Source: Cylindrospermopsis raciborskii Cr2010
GTDB lineage: Bacteria; Cyanobacteriota; Cyanobacteriia; Cyanobacteriales; Nostocaceae
Length of the DNA stretch: 32,000 bases
NCBI RefSeq assembly: GCF_003367075.2
Contig: NZ_CP065936.1
Span: forward strand, 540,001 to 572,000
Direction of reading: 5' to 3'
This document shows, piece by piece, positions 1 through 8,500 of the stretch (positions are counted from its first letter, which is position 1; every line of letters starts with the position of its first letter). The notes beneath the pieces are model-generated. The model was not told the DNA's origin. It did no database searches and saw only the letters and a program-made list of their open reading frames with translations. The translations under genes were made by a program, and so were the position numbers.

Positions 1-215
1 AAAATGCCCGTGATTATGTGAAGCTGGTGTTGAGAACAAGATTGGGTGACATACCAGTGAAAATTGAGCAAGCTGTGGATAAAATATCAGTATTGTCTAT
101 TTTAGATGAGCTGTTAAAAGTGGCAATCAAAGTTGATTGTTTTGAGGACTTTCATCAATCCTTAGTCAAATTGTCTCCTAAAGTTCCCGAATCAAATGAG
201 TCAGATAAGAGCTAA
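1..215 (+). pseudogene. 3' end of an array copy (unit 0, cut by the window edge): DUF4351-like tail, KNARDY variant
   Basis: Identical to 1542-1756 and 2457-2671. The reading frame is in phase from nt 3 and the stop is at 213-215. Confidence 0.7.
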
Positions 216-303
216 TTATGACGAACCATGGAAAGAAGCATTAACCGAGTATTTTGAACAATTCTTCTTCTTCTTTCCTTCAATTCACCAATTAAGTGGG
301 TGA
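196..303 (+). pseudogene. 35-codon N-terminal remnant of the Rpn/YhgA-like gene (MSQIRANYDEPWKEALTEYFEQFFFFFPSIHQLSG*)
   Basis: The ATG lies inside the last codons of the preceding copy in another frame. The TGA stop lies in the MITE TIR (aagtgggTGA). The YDxPWKE..YF..FFFP pattern matches what I recall of the N-termini of cyanobacterial Rpn-like proteins. Confidence 0.5.
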
Positions 304-805
304 AAAGACAAAAGCAACCACCCGGAACCTAGGGGAGAGAGAAAAATGGAAATGGAGTTTAATCAGGGGATTATATGATAAGGGGTTCGATAGAGAGCAA
401 ATAATTCGATTATTTGGGATAATTGACATCATGATGGAGTTACCCAAAAAGTTACAGGAAAGTTTGGATAGTAAGATAAAGACATTTGAGGAGGATAGAA
501 AGATGCCGTTATTAACTAATATGGAGTTAAGAGGAATAGAAACTGGTAAGGAAATCGGTAAGGAAATCGGGAGGGAAATTGGCATATTAGAAAAAGCTCA
601 TGAAGATGTGAAGCTGGTGTTGAGAACAAGATTGGGTGACATACCAGTGAAAATTGAGCAAGCTGTGGATAAAATATCAGTATTGTCTATTTTAGATGAG
701 CTGTTAAAAGTGGCAATCAAAGTTGATTGTTTTGAGGACTTTCATCAATCCTTAGTCAAATTGTCTCCTAAAGTTCCCGAATCAAATGAGTCAGATAAGA
801 GCTAA
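296..805 (+). pseudogene. Array unit 1: Rpn/DUF4351 C-terminal fragment with a further 325-bp internal deletion (3 GKEI-type repeats, EKAHED variant)
   Basis: The track ORF opens at a GTG inside the residual MITE TIR. The sequence jumps from gtgggtga directly to aaagacaaaagcaacc, which are 325 bp apart in full units. Confidence 0.6.
545..580 (+). repeat. 12-bp in-frame tandem repeat ggtaaggaaatY (GKEI), 3 copies
   Basis: Direct reading gives 545-556, 557-568 and 569-580 (the last is gggagggaaatt). Confidence 0.9.
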
Positions 806-893
806 TTATGACGAACCATGGAAAGAAGCATTAACCGAGTATTTTGAACAATTCTTCTTCTTCTTTCCTTCAATTCACCAATTAAGTGGGTGA
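786..893 (+). pseudogene. 35-codon N-terminal remnant of the Rpn/YhgA-like gene
   Basis: Identical to 1737-1844. Confidence 0.5.
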
Positions 894-1000
894 GTGGAAT
901 TAAATATAAGATCAACGTAGGTTGGGTTGAAGTATGAAACCCAACATCCCCATGGGTCTCGTTACTCGACCCACCCTACAAATAATTGTGCCTCCCTTAT
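883..1000 (+). mobile_element. MITE (~118 bp, TIR family ATAAGTGGG...CCCACTTAT; right TIR shortened to cctcccttat)
   Basis: Matches the full copies at 31059-31180 and, in reverse complement, at 10355-10482 and 19431-19552. Internal hairpin gttgggtt/aacccaac. Confidence 0.8.
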
Positions 1001-1756
1001 AATTATCGTGCTTTTGACCTAAATCAAAAACCGGTGATTAGTTTGGCAATTCTGGGAGATGAGAGAGCTGATTGGCAACCAGAAAGTTATAATCATAACA
1101 TAGGAGGGTGTGAAGTAACCCTGAAATTCCCCATAGTAAAATTACTCAGCTATGAAGCCAAATGGTCAGAGCTAGAAGAAAGTAATAATCCTTTTGCTAT
1201 CATAGTGATGGCACATTTAAAGACAAAAGCAACCACCCGGAACCTAGGGGAGAGAGAAAAATGGAAATGGAGTTTAATCAGGGGATTATATGATAAGGGG
1301 TTCGATAGAGAGCAAATAATTCGATTATTTGGGATAATTGACATTATGATGGAGTTACCCAAAAAGTTACAGGAAAGTTTGGATAGTAAGATAAAGACAT
1401 TTGAGGAGGATAGAAAGATGCCGTTATTAACTAATATGGAGTTAAGAGGAATAGAGACTGGTAAGGAAATTGGCAAGGAAATTGGTAAGGAAATTGGTAA
1501 GGAAATTGGTAAGGAAATTGGTGAGGGAATTGGCATATTGAAAAATGCCCGTGATTATGTGAAGCTGGTGTTGAGAACAAGATTGGGTGACATACCAGTG
1601 AAAATTGAGCAAGCTGTGGATAAAATATCAGTATTGTCTATTTTAGATGAGCTGTTAAAAGTGGCAATCAAAGTTGATTGTTTTGAGGACTTTCATCAAT
1701 CCTTAGTCAAATTGTCTCCTAAAGTTCCCGAATCAAATGAGTCAGATAAGAGCTAA
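986..1756 (+). CDS. Array unit 2: Rpn/YhgA-like protein lacking the N-terminal nuclease core, DUF4351-like tail (6 GKEI-type repeats, KNARDY variant)
   Basis: 256-codon ORF from a TTG inside the MITE. Motifs YNYRAFDL, NPFAIIVMAHLKT and a helical tail RLGDIPVKIEQAVDKISVLSILDELL resemble cyanobacterial Rpn/DUF4351 proteins. The true start is uncertain; an internal ATG lies at about 1208. Confidence 0.6.
   Translation: MCLPYNYRAFDLNQKPVISLAILGDERADWQPESYNHNIGGCEVTLKFPIVKLLSYEAKWSELEESNNPFAIIVMAHLKTKATTRNLGEREKWKWSLIRGLYDKGFDREQIIRLFGIIDIMMELPKKLQESLDSKIKTFEEDRKMPLLTNMELRGIETGKEIGKEIGKEIGKEIGKEIGEGIGILKNARDYVKLVLRTRLGDIPVKIEQAVDKISVLSILDELLKVAIKVDCFEDFHQSLVKLSPKVPESNESDKS
1460..1531 (+). repeat. 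12-bp in-frame GKEI repeat, 6 copies
   Basis: Direct reading: six consecutive 12-mers, the last being ggtgagggaatt. Confidence 0.9.
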
Positions 1757-1844
1757 TTATGACGAACCATGGAAAGAAGCATTAACCGAGTATTTTGAAC
1801 AATTCTTCTTCTTCTTTCCTTCAATTCACCAATTAAGTGGGTGA
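1737..1844 (+). pseudogene. 35-codon N-terminal remnant of the Rpn/YhgA-like gene
   Basis: atg agt cag ata aga gct aat tat gac gaa cca tgg ... tta agt ggg tga. The stop lies in the MITE TIR. Confidence 0.5.
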
Positions 1845-1951
1845 GTGGAATTAAATATAAGATCAACGTAGGTTGGGTTGAAGTATGAAACCCAACATCC
1901 CCATGGGTCTCGTTACTCGACCCACCCTACAAATAATTGTGCCTCCCTTAT
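1834..1951 (+). mobile_element. MITE copy (array unit 3)
   Basis: Identical to 883-1000. Confidence 0.8.
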
Positions 1952-2671
1952 AATTATCGTGCTTTTGACCTAAATCAAAAACCGGTGATTAGTTTGGCAA
2001 TTCTGGGAGATGAGAGAGCTGATTGGCAACCAGAAAGTTATAATCATAACATAGGAGGGTGTGAAGTAACCCTGAAATTCCCCATAGTAAAATTACTCAG
2101 CTATGAAGCCAAATGGTCAGAGCTAGAAGAAAGTAATAATCCTTTTGCTATCATAGTGATGGCACATTTAAAGACAAAAGCAACCACCCGGAACCTAGGG
2201 GAGAGAGAAAAATGGAAATGGAGTTTAATCAGGGGATTATATGATAAGGGGTTCGATAGAGAGCAAATAATTCGATTATTTGGGATAATTGACATCATGA
2301 TGGAGTTACCCAAAAAGTTACAGGAAAGTTTGGATAGTAAGATAAAGACATTTGAGGAGGATAGAAAGATGCCGTTATTAACTAATATGGAGTTAAGAGG
2401 AATAGAGACTGGCAAGGAAATTGGTAAGGAAATTGGTGAGGGAATTGGCATATTGAAAAATGCCCGTGATTATGTGAAGCTGGTGTTGAGAACAAGATTG
2501 GGTGACATACCAGTGAAAATTGAGCAAGCTGTGGATAAAATATCAGTATTGTCTATTTTAGATGAGCTGTTAAAAGTGGCAATCAAAGTTGATTGTTTTG
2601 AGGACTTTCATCAATCCTTAGTCAAATTGTCTCCTAAAGTTCCCGAATCAAATGAGTCAGATAAGAGCTAA
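1937..2671 (+). CDS. Array unit 3: Rpn/YhgA-like C-terminal fragment with DUF4351-like tail (3 repeats, KNARDY variant)
   Basis: 244-codon ORF, the same as 986-1756 apart from repeat number and a silent atc/att change. Confidence 0.6.
   Translation: MCLPYNYRAFDLNQKPVISLAILGDERADWQPESYNHNIGGCEVTLKFPIVKLLSYEAKWSELEESNNPFAIIVMAHLKTKATTRNLGEREKWKWSLIRGLYDKGFDREQIIRLFGIIDIMMELPKKLQESLDSKIKTFEEDRKMPLLTNMELRGIETGKEIGKEIGEGIGILKNARDYVKLVLRTRLGDIPVKIEQAVDKISVLSILDELLKVAIKVDCFEDFHQSLVKLSPKVPESNESDKS
2411..2446 (+). repeat. 12-bp in-frame GKEI repeat, 3 copies
   Basis: Direct reading. Confidence 0.9.
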
Positions 2672-2759
2672 TTATGACGAACCATGGAAAGAAGCATTAA
2701 CCGAGTATTTTGAACAATTCTTCTTCTTCTTTCCTTCAATTCACCAATTAAGTGGGTGA
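2652..2759 (+). pseudogene. 35-codon N-terminal remnant of the Rpn/YhgA-like gene
   Basis: Identical to 1737-1844. Confidence 0.5.
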
Positions 2760-2866
2760 GTGGAATTAAATATAAGATCAACGTAGGTTGGGTTGAAGTA
2801 TGAAACCCAACATCCCCATGGGTCTCGTTACTCGACCCACCCTACAAATAATTGTGCCTCCCTTAT
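2749..2866 (+). mobile_element. MITE copy (array unit 4)
   Basis: Identical to 883-1000. Confidence 0.8.
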
Positions 2867-3610
2867 AATTATCGTGCTTTTGACCTAAATCAAAAACCGG
2901 TGATTAGTTTGGCAATTCTGGGAGATGAGAGAGCTGATTGGCAACCAGAAAGTTATAATCATAACATAGGAGGGTGTGAAGTAACCCTGAAATTCCCCAT
3001 AGTAAAATTACTCAGCTATGAAGCCAAATGGTCAGAGCTAGAAGAAAGTAATAATCCTTTTGCTATCATAGTGATGGCACATTTAAAGACAAAAGCAACC
3101 ACCCGGAACCTAGGGGAGAGAGAAAAATGGAAATGGAGTTTAATCAGGGGATTATATGATAAGGGGTTCCATAGAGAGCAAATAATTCGATTATTTGGGA
3201 TAATTGACATTATGATGGAGTTACCCAAAAAGTTACAGGAAAGTTTGGATAGTAAGATAAAGACATTTGAGGAGGATAGAAAGATGCCGTTATTAACTAA
3301 TATGGAGTTAAGAGGAATAGAGACTGGTAAGGAAATTGGCAAGGAAATTGGTAAGGAAATTGGTAAGGAAATCGGGAGGGAAATTGGCATATTAGAAAAA
3401 GCTCATGAAGATGTGAAGCTGGTGTTGAGAACAAGATTGGGTGACATACCAGTGAAAATTGAGCAAGCTGTGGATAAAATATCAGTATTGTCTATTTTAG
3501 ATGAGCTGTTAAAAGTGGCAATCAAAGTTGATTGTTTTGAGGACTTTCATCAATCCTTAGTCAAATTGTCTCCTAAAGTTCCCGAATCAAATGAGTCAGA
3601 TAAGAGCTAA
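2852..3610 (+). CDS. Array unit 4: Rpn/YhgA-like C-terminal fragment with DUF4351-like tail (5 repeats, EKAHED variant, D->H substitution)
   Basis: 252-codon ORF. GFHREQ replaces GFDREQ. Confidence 0.6.
   Translation: MCLPYNYRAFDLNQKPVISLAILGDERADWQPESYNHNIGGCEVTLKFPIVKLLSYEAKWSELEESNNPFAIIVMAHLKTKATTRNLGEREKWKWSLIRGLYDKGFHREQIIRLFGIIDIMMELPKKLQESLDSKIKTFEEDRKMPLLTNMELRGIETGKEIGKEIGKEIGKEIGREIGILEKAHEDVKLVLRTRLGDIPVKIEQAVDKISVLSILDELLKVAIKVDCFEDFHQSLVKLSPKVPESNESDKS
3326..3385 (+). repeat. 12-bp in-frame GKEI repeat, 5 copies
   Basis: Direct reading. Confidence 0.9.
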
Positions 3611-3698
3611 TTATGACGAACCATGGAAAGAAGCATTAACCGAGTATTTTGAACAATTCTTCTTCTTCTTTCCTTCAATTCACCAATTAAGTGGGTGA
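3591..3698 (+). pseudogene. 35-codon N-terminal remnant of the Rpn/YhgA-like gene
   Basis: Identical to 1737-1844. Confidence 0.5.
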
Positions 3699-3805
3699 GT
3701 GGAATTAAATATAAGATCAACGTAGGTTGGGTTGAAGTATGAAACCCAACATCCCCATGGGTCTCGTTACTCGACCCACCCTACAAATAATTGTGCCTCC
3801 CTTAT
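3688..3805 (+). mobile_element. MITE copy (array unit 5)
   Basis: Identical to 883-1000. Confidence 0.8.
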
Positions 3806-4234
3806 AATTATCGTGCTTTTGACCTAAATCAAAAACCGGTGATTAGTTTGGCAATTCTGGGAGATGAGAGAGCTGATTGGCAACCAGAAAGTTATAATCA
3901 TAACATAGGAGGGTGTGAAGTAACCCTGAAATTCCCCATAGTAAAATTACTCAGCTATGAAGCCAAATGGTCAGAGCTAGAAGAAAGTAATAATCCTTTT
4001 GCTATCATAGTGATGGCACATTTAAAGACAAAAGCAACCACCCGGAACCTAGGGGAGAGAGAAAAATGGAAATGGAGTTTAATCAGGGGATTATATGATA
4101 AGGGGTTCCATAGAGAGCAAATAATTCGATTATTTGGGATAATTGACATCATGATGGAGTTACCCAAAAAGTTACAGGAAAGTTTGGATACATATTGGGA
4201 TCTTAAAACTGTAAACACACAAAAACGGTTCTAA
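3791..4234 (+). pseudogene. Array unit 5: 3'-truncated copy; homology to the other units ends at about 4190-4192, and the ORF then reads into the flanking direct repeat
   Basis: Identical to the other units up to ..KKLQESLD. It then diverges (TYWDLKTVNTQKRF*) into sequence that recurs at 12961. Confidence 0.7.
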
Positions 4235-4360
4235 TCAATTCCTGTCTCTAAAGAGCAGGGAGAAGTCCACTCCACAATGGGAACTCTATTTTCAAATTCC
4301 CACCTGATAATTACCACATTTTTTGAGTCACGCATTAAGCGATCGCATTTTATTTTAACT
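4193..4360 (+). repeat. Left copy of a ~125-bp direct repeat, carrying a 45-bp extra insert at 4233-4277
   Basis: atattgggatcttaaaactgt...tgggaactctattttcaaattcccacctgataattaccaca...gcattaagcgatcgcattttattttaact recurs at 12961-13085 with a few mismatches. Confidence 0.9.
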
Positions 4361-4482
4361 AGAATTAAGAGAGAGAGTGCTTTGTAATCGCCCTTATGAT
4401 TTAAACTGGAATATAGCGCAACTTCATCATGCAGTCTAAATTTTAGGGTATTGTTATCAACAGAGTTGACAAAGGGAAAAAT

Positions 4483-5499
4483 ATGTTGTACTGCGATGTG
4501 GCTGTATTTGAGGCAGTAATGTTTGTGTTAGAAAAAAGGATTTTTGACTTAATTATCTACCCATTCCAATTATTCTTTCTGGGATCATCCCAAATATATT
4601 GGGTATACTTGTTGGGATCTGTGCTAATTGCTATAGTAATATATGTTTACGTTAAAAAGTGGCAAGAAGATGTGACTTTTTTGCAATACATATTACCCAA
4701 AGAAGTCTATACACATCCATCATCAGTTACTCAGTACAAATACTTTTTTGCCATTGCCTTATTTGAAATAGTTTTTGTAGAGCCAATAGCAATATATTTA
4801 GATAACATTGCGGATATAACTAACAAAGCTCTGACAGAAATAACGAATATTACAGCACCCTGGGCTATTTCTAACGCCCATATCTGGCATAACTTAATAT
4901 TTACTTTGTTCATAGGATTATTGGCTGACTTCGCTAATTTTTTCTACCATTATCTCTCTCACAAAAACCAGACTTTATGGCAATTTCATAAGGTGCATCA
5001 CTCTGCTGAAGTGATCACACCTTTGACTGTATATCGAACCCACCCAGTTGAGTTGCTTGTGGGAATAATAATCATTACTACAGCCACGGGTTTAGGAACT
5101 GGTATCTGGAGCTATTTGTTTGGTACAGAAATAAAACGTCTATTAGTTTGTGGAGTTAGTCTCGATCTCTTTATCTTTTATTTAGCTGGATATAACTTGC
5201 GTCATTCTCATATCTGGTTAGCTTACCCCAAATGGGTTAGCCACATTTTTATCAGTCCAGCACAACACCAAATTCATCATAGTGTGGATCCAAAGCATTA
5301 TGATAAAAACTTTGGTTATATTTTTGGAATTTGGGACTGGATTTTTGGCTCTTTATATATCCCAACTAGTTATGAAAAACTGAATTTTGGTTTGGCTAAT
5401 GGAGAATCCAATTTATTTAATAGTGTCTCCAATATATTTTTACAACCATTTAAATCAATTTTGCAGCAAATCAAGCAAATCAATCAAACCACAGTCTGA
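4483..5499 (+). CDS. Fatty acid hydroxylase / sterol desaturase superfamily membrane protein
   Basis: Three histidine boxes (HYLSH, HKVHH, HQIHH) and several hydrophobic segments. AAGGGA lies upstream of the ATG. Confidence 0.75.
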   Translation: MLYCDVAVFEAVMFVLEKRIFDLIIYPFQLFFLGSSQIYWVYLLGSVLIAIVIYVYVKKWQEDVTFLQYILPKEVYTHPSSVTQYKYFFAIALFEIVFVEPIAIYLDNIADITNKALTEITNITAPWAISNAHIWHNLIFTLFIGLLADFANFFYHYLSHKNQTLWQFHKVHHSAEVITPLTVYRTHPVELLVGIIIITTATGLGTGIWSYLFGTEIKRLLVCGVSLDLFIFYLAGYNLRHSHIWLAYPKWVSHIFISPAQHQIHHSVDPKHYDKNFGYIFGIWDWIFGSLYIPTSYEKLNFGLANGESNLFNSVSNIFLQPFKSILQQIKQINQTTV

Positions 5500-5560
5500 A
5501 TTCCAGTGATCAATTGTAGTCCCGTCTATATTACATATAAGTTAATACTAATCTGATAGT

Positions 5561-8500
5561 ATGATATATTCTCAAAACAAGTCTGTTCACGAGCTGTTTA
5601 TGCAGCAAGTAGAAAAATCGCCTGATGCAGTGGCAATAATCTTTGAAAATCAGCAGTTGACCTATGGAGAATTAAACTGTAAAGCCAATCAACTAGCGCA
5701 TTATTTGCAATCGATTGGTGTAGGACCAGAGGTGTTTGTAGGTCTTTGTGTAACTCGTTCCATAGAAATAGTTATTGGAATTATGGGTATCCTCAAAGCG
5801 GGTGGTGCTTATGTTCCTTTGGACCCTGCTTATCCCCAGGAAAGGCTAGCATTTATGCTAGAGGATGCCAAGCCAAAGGTAGTTTTAACTGAAAATCAGT
5901 GTTTAGAGGCGCTGCCTATTATCAACGCCACGGTTTTATGTTTAGATGCGGACTGGCAAAAAATTGAGCAACAAAGTGAAGATAATCCCAGTTGTGATGT
6001 TACACCAGATAATTTGGCCTACTTAATATATACTTCTGGCTCTACTGGTAAGCCAAAAGGAGTACAAATGCCCCATAGCAGTATTGTGAATTATCTCCAG
6101 GGTATAACTAAAATAATCCCGGTTGATAACCAAGATATTTACCTGCATACAGCATCTTTCTCATTTACTGCTTCAGTCAGACAACTATTCCTACCCTTAT
6201 CCCAAGGCGCAGCTGTTGTTATTGCTACCCGTGAAAAAACCAGAGATCCCCTTAGGTTATTTGAACTAATTGAAACACAAGAGGTCACTATCTGTGATGG
6301 CGTGCCCTCGGTGTGGCGTTATGGACTCATGGCTTTGGAAAGTTTAGACAAAAAATATACAGTAGCTATAGGGGAATCAAAGCTAAAATACCTCATATTT
6401 GGCGGGGAGTTACTACCTTATCAACTAATTAAGAAATTACGTAACCTATTTCAAACTCCACCTCAATTTTTTAATATCCTAGGTCAAACGGAAACTATTG
6501 GTAATGCTTTTTATCCCATTCCTGAAAACTGCGATATTGAACAAGGATATGTTCCCGTTGGTAATCCCCTCCAAGACATGCAACAGGTTTACGTCCTCAA
6601 CTCCCAACTGGAACCGGTGAAAAATGGAGAATCTGGAGAACTGCACATAGCTGGTGGTACATTAGCACGTGGTTATTTAAACCGCGTCCATGCCAATGCT
6701 GAAAAATTTATTAATAATCCCTTTAATCCCCAGCAAAAACTTTTCAAAACCGGGGATGTAGCTCGACACTGCCAAGATGGTACTTTAGAAATTCTTGGTC
6801 GGATTGACTTTCAGGTAAATATCCGAGGGATGCGCGTAGAACTGGAAGAAATTGAAGCCATATTAAAACTGCATCCCTCAGTTCGAGAAGGTGCAATTAG
6901 CCTCCGAGAGGATATACCGGGAGATCAGCGCTTGGTTGCCTATATCGTCCCTAACACTCAAACCTTAGACTTGGCAGAAATTCGGAACTTTATAGAGCAT
7001 AAACTACCAGATTATATGGTTCCTAATGCCTTTGTGTTGATAGAAAAACTGCCAGTATTACCCAACGGAAAGTTAGACAGGAATAATTTACCCGTACCAA
7101 ATCTATCTGCTGGAATTAGTAACTTTGTTGCACCCCGTAACCCCCAAGAAGAACTAATAGCTAACATTTGGGGAGAAGTTTTAGGACTGGAGAAAGTAGG
7201 CATTTATGACAACTTTTTAGAATTGGGGGGACATTCTCTACTTGCCAGTTTAGTTGTATCAAGATTGCGCGAAGCCCTATCTTTGGAGCTATCCATCAGC
7301 ATTTTATTTGAAGCGCCAACTATAGCTAGTTTAAGCGAAAAAGTTACAACTTTTCAGGATGATTTTCATCCCACTAATTCCCTCCCAATTTTACAGCCAG
7401 TTTCCCGAACTGCAGAATCACCTTTATCTTTGATTCAACAGAGATTTTGGATTCTTGACCAAATGGAAGGAGCAAATGCAGCTTACAATATTACCAGAGC
7501 TTTGCACTTATTTGGTTCCCTGAATTTAATGGCACTTCAACAAGCAGTGCAGTCAATTATTCAACGTCACGAAACCCTGCGTACTTCTTTTGGTATATCA
7601 GAAGGAAAACCAGTGCAATTTATTGCAGAAACTTTATCATTCACCTTACCATTAGTAGATTTACAAACCCTAGCAGAAGTTGAAAGAGAGGCAGAATTAC
7701 AACGCTTAATTACCGCTGAATATACAGAAGCTTTTGATTTAAGCCAAGCCCCTCTACTAAGAGTAAAACTGATTCGCCTGGAATCAAATTCCCATATTTT
7801 GCTAGTCACCATGCACCACATAATCTCGGATGCTTGGTCAGTAGCAATTTTCTTCAAGGAATTGTCGAGTTTATATGGAAATTCTCCCCTGGCAAACTTG
7901 CCAGTTCAGTATGCAGATTATGCTTACTGGCAACGTCAAGGGCTGCAAAATGATGTTATCAATACCCAGATAAGCTATTGGAAACAACAGTTAGCAGACG
8001 CTCCATCAATCATAGAATTACCAACAGATTACCCCCGTTCCGCTGTTCAAACATTTCGCGGTAGTATCCACCGGTTTAGATTGGGTAATGACCTGACTAA
8101 CAAACTGAAAATATTAAGTCAGAAGTCGGGTACTTCTCTATTTATGACGCTGCAAGCAGCTTTTGTCACCTTTCTTTATCGTTACACTGGCCAAGAAGAT
8201 ATTGTTATTGGCTCCCCTATTACTAACCGCAATCGTCAAGCCCTCGAGTCATTAATTGGGTTTTTTGTCAACACTTTAGTTTTACGTACTCGCTTAGAAA
8301 ACAATCCTACGTTTAAACAACTATTATCCCAGGTGCGACAGGTTGCTCTTGATGCTTATGTTCATCAAGACTTACCTTTTGATACCCTAGTTGAAGCTCT
8401 ACAACCCAAACGGCACAAAAATCTCAGTCCCCTGTTTCAGGTAATGTTTGTATTGCAAAATTCTCCCTTGGAAAAATTCAACTTACCAGGTCTGAATGTA

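Larger units (their letters stand above)
1..4192 (+). repeat. Head-to-tail tandem array of a MITE-disrupted Rpn/YhgA-like DUF4351 gene: one window-truncated unit, one 590-bp internally deleted unit, three full units of 951/915/939 bp, one 3'-truncated unit
   Basis: Stop codons of successive copies fall at 215, 805, 1756, 2671 and 3610. Units are near-identical. Length differences between full units are multiples of 12 bp and are explained by the GKEI repeat. The array runs off the left window edge. Confidence 0.95.

Noticed and set aside
292-3390. Minus-strand ORFs 292-585, 1150-1536, 2101-2451, 3016-3390 and 3955-4218, encoding MPISLPISLP...
   Set aside because: They are antisense shadows of the GKEI repeat and of the plus-strand Rpn-like ORFs. 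They show low complexity and no independent signals.
1-4192. Could the regularly spaced repeats be a CRISPR array?
   Set aside because: The period is 915-951 bp and the whole unit is repeated with no unique spacers. The 12-bp GKEI repeats are contiguous and coding.
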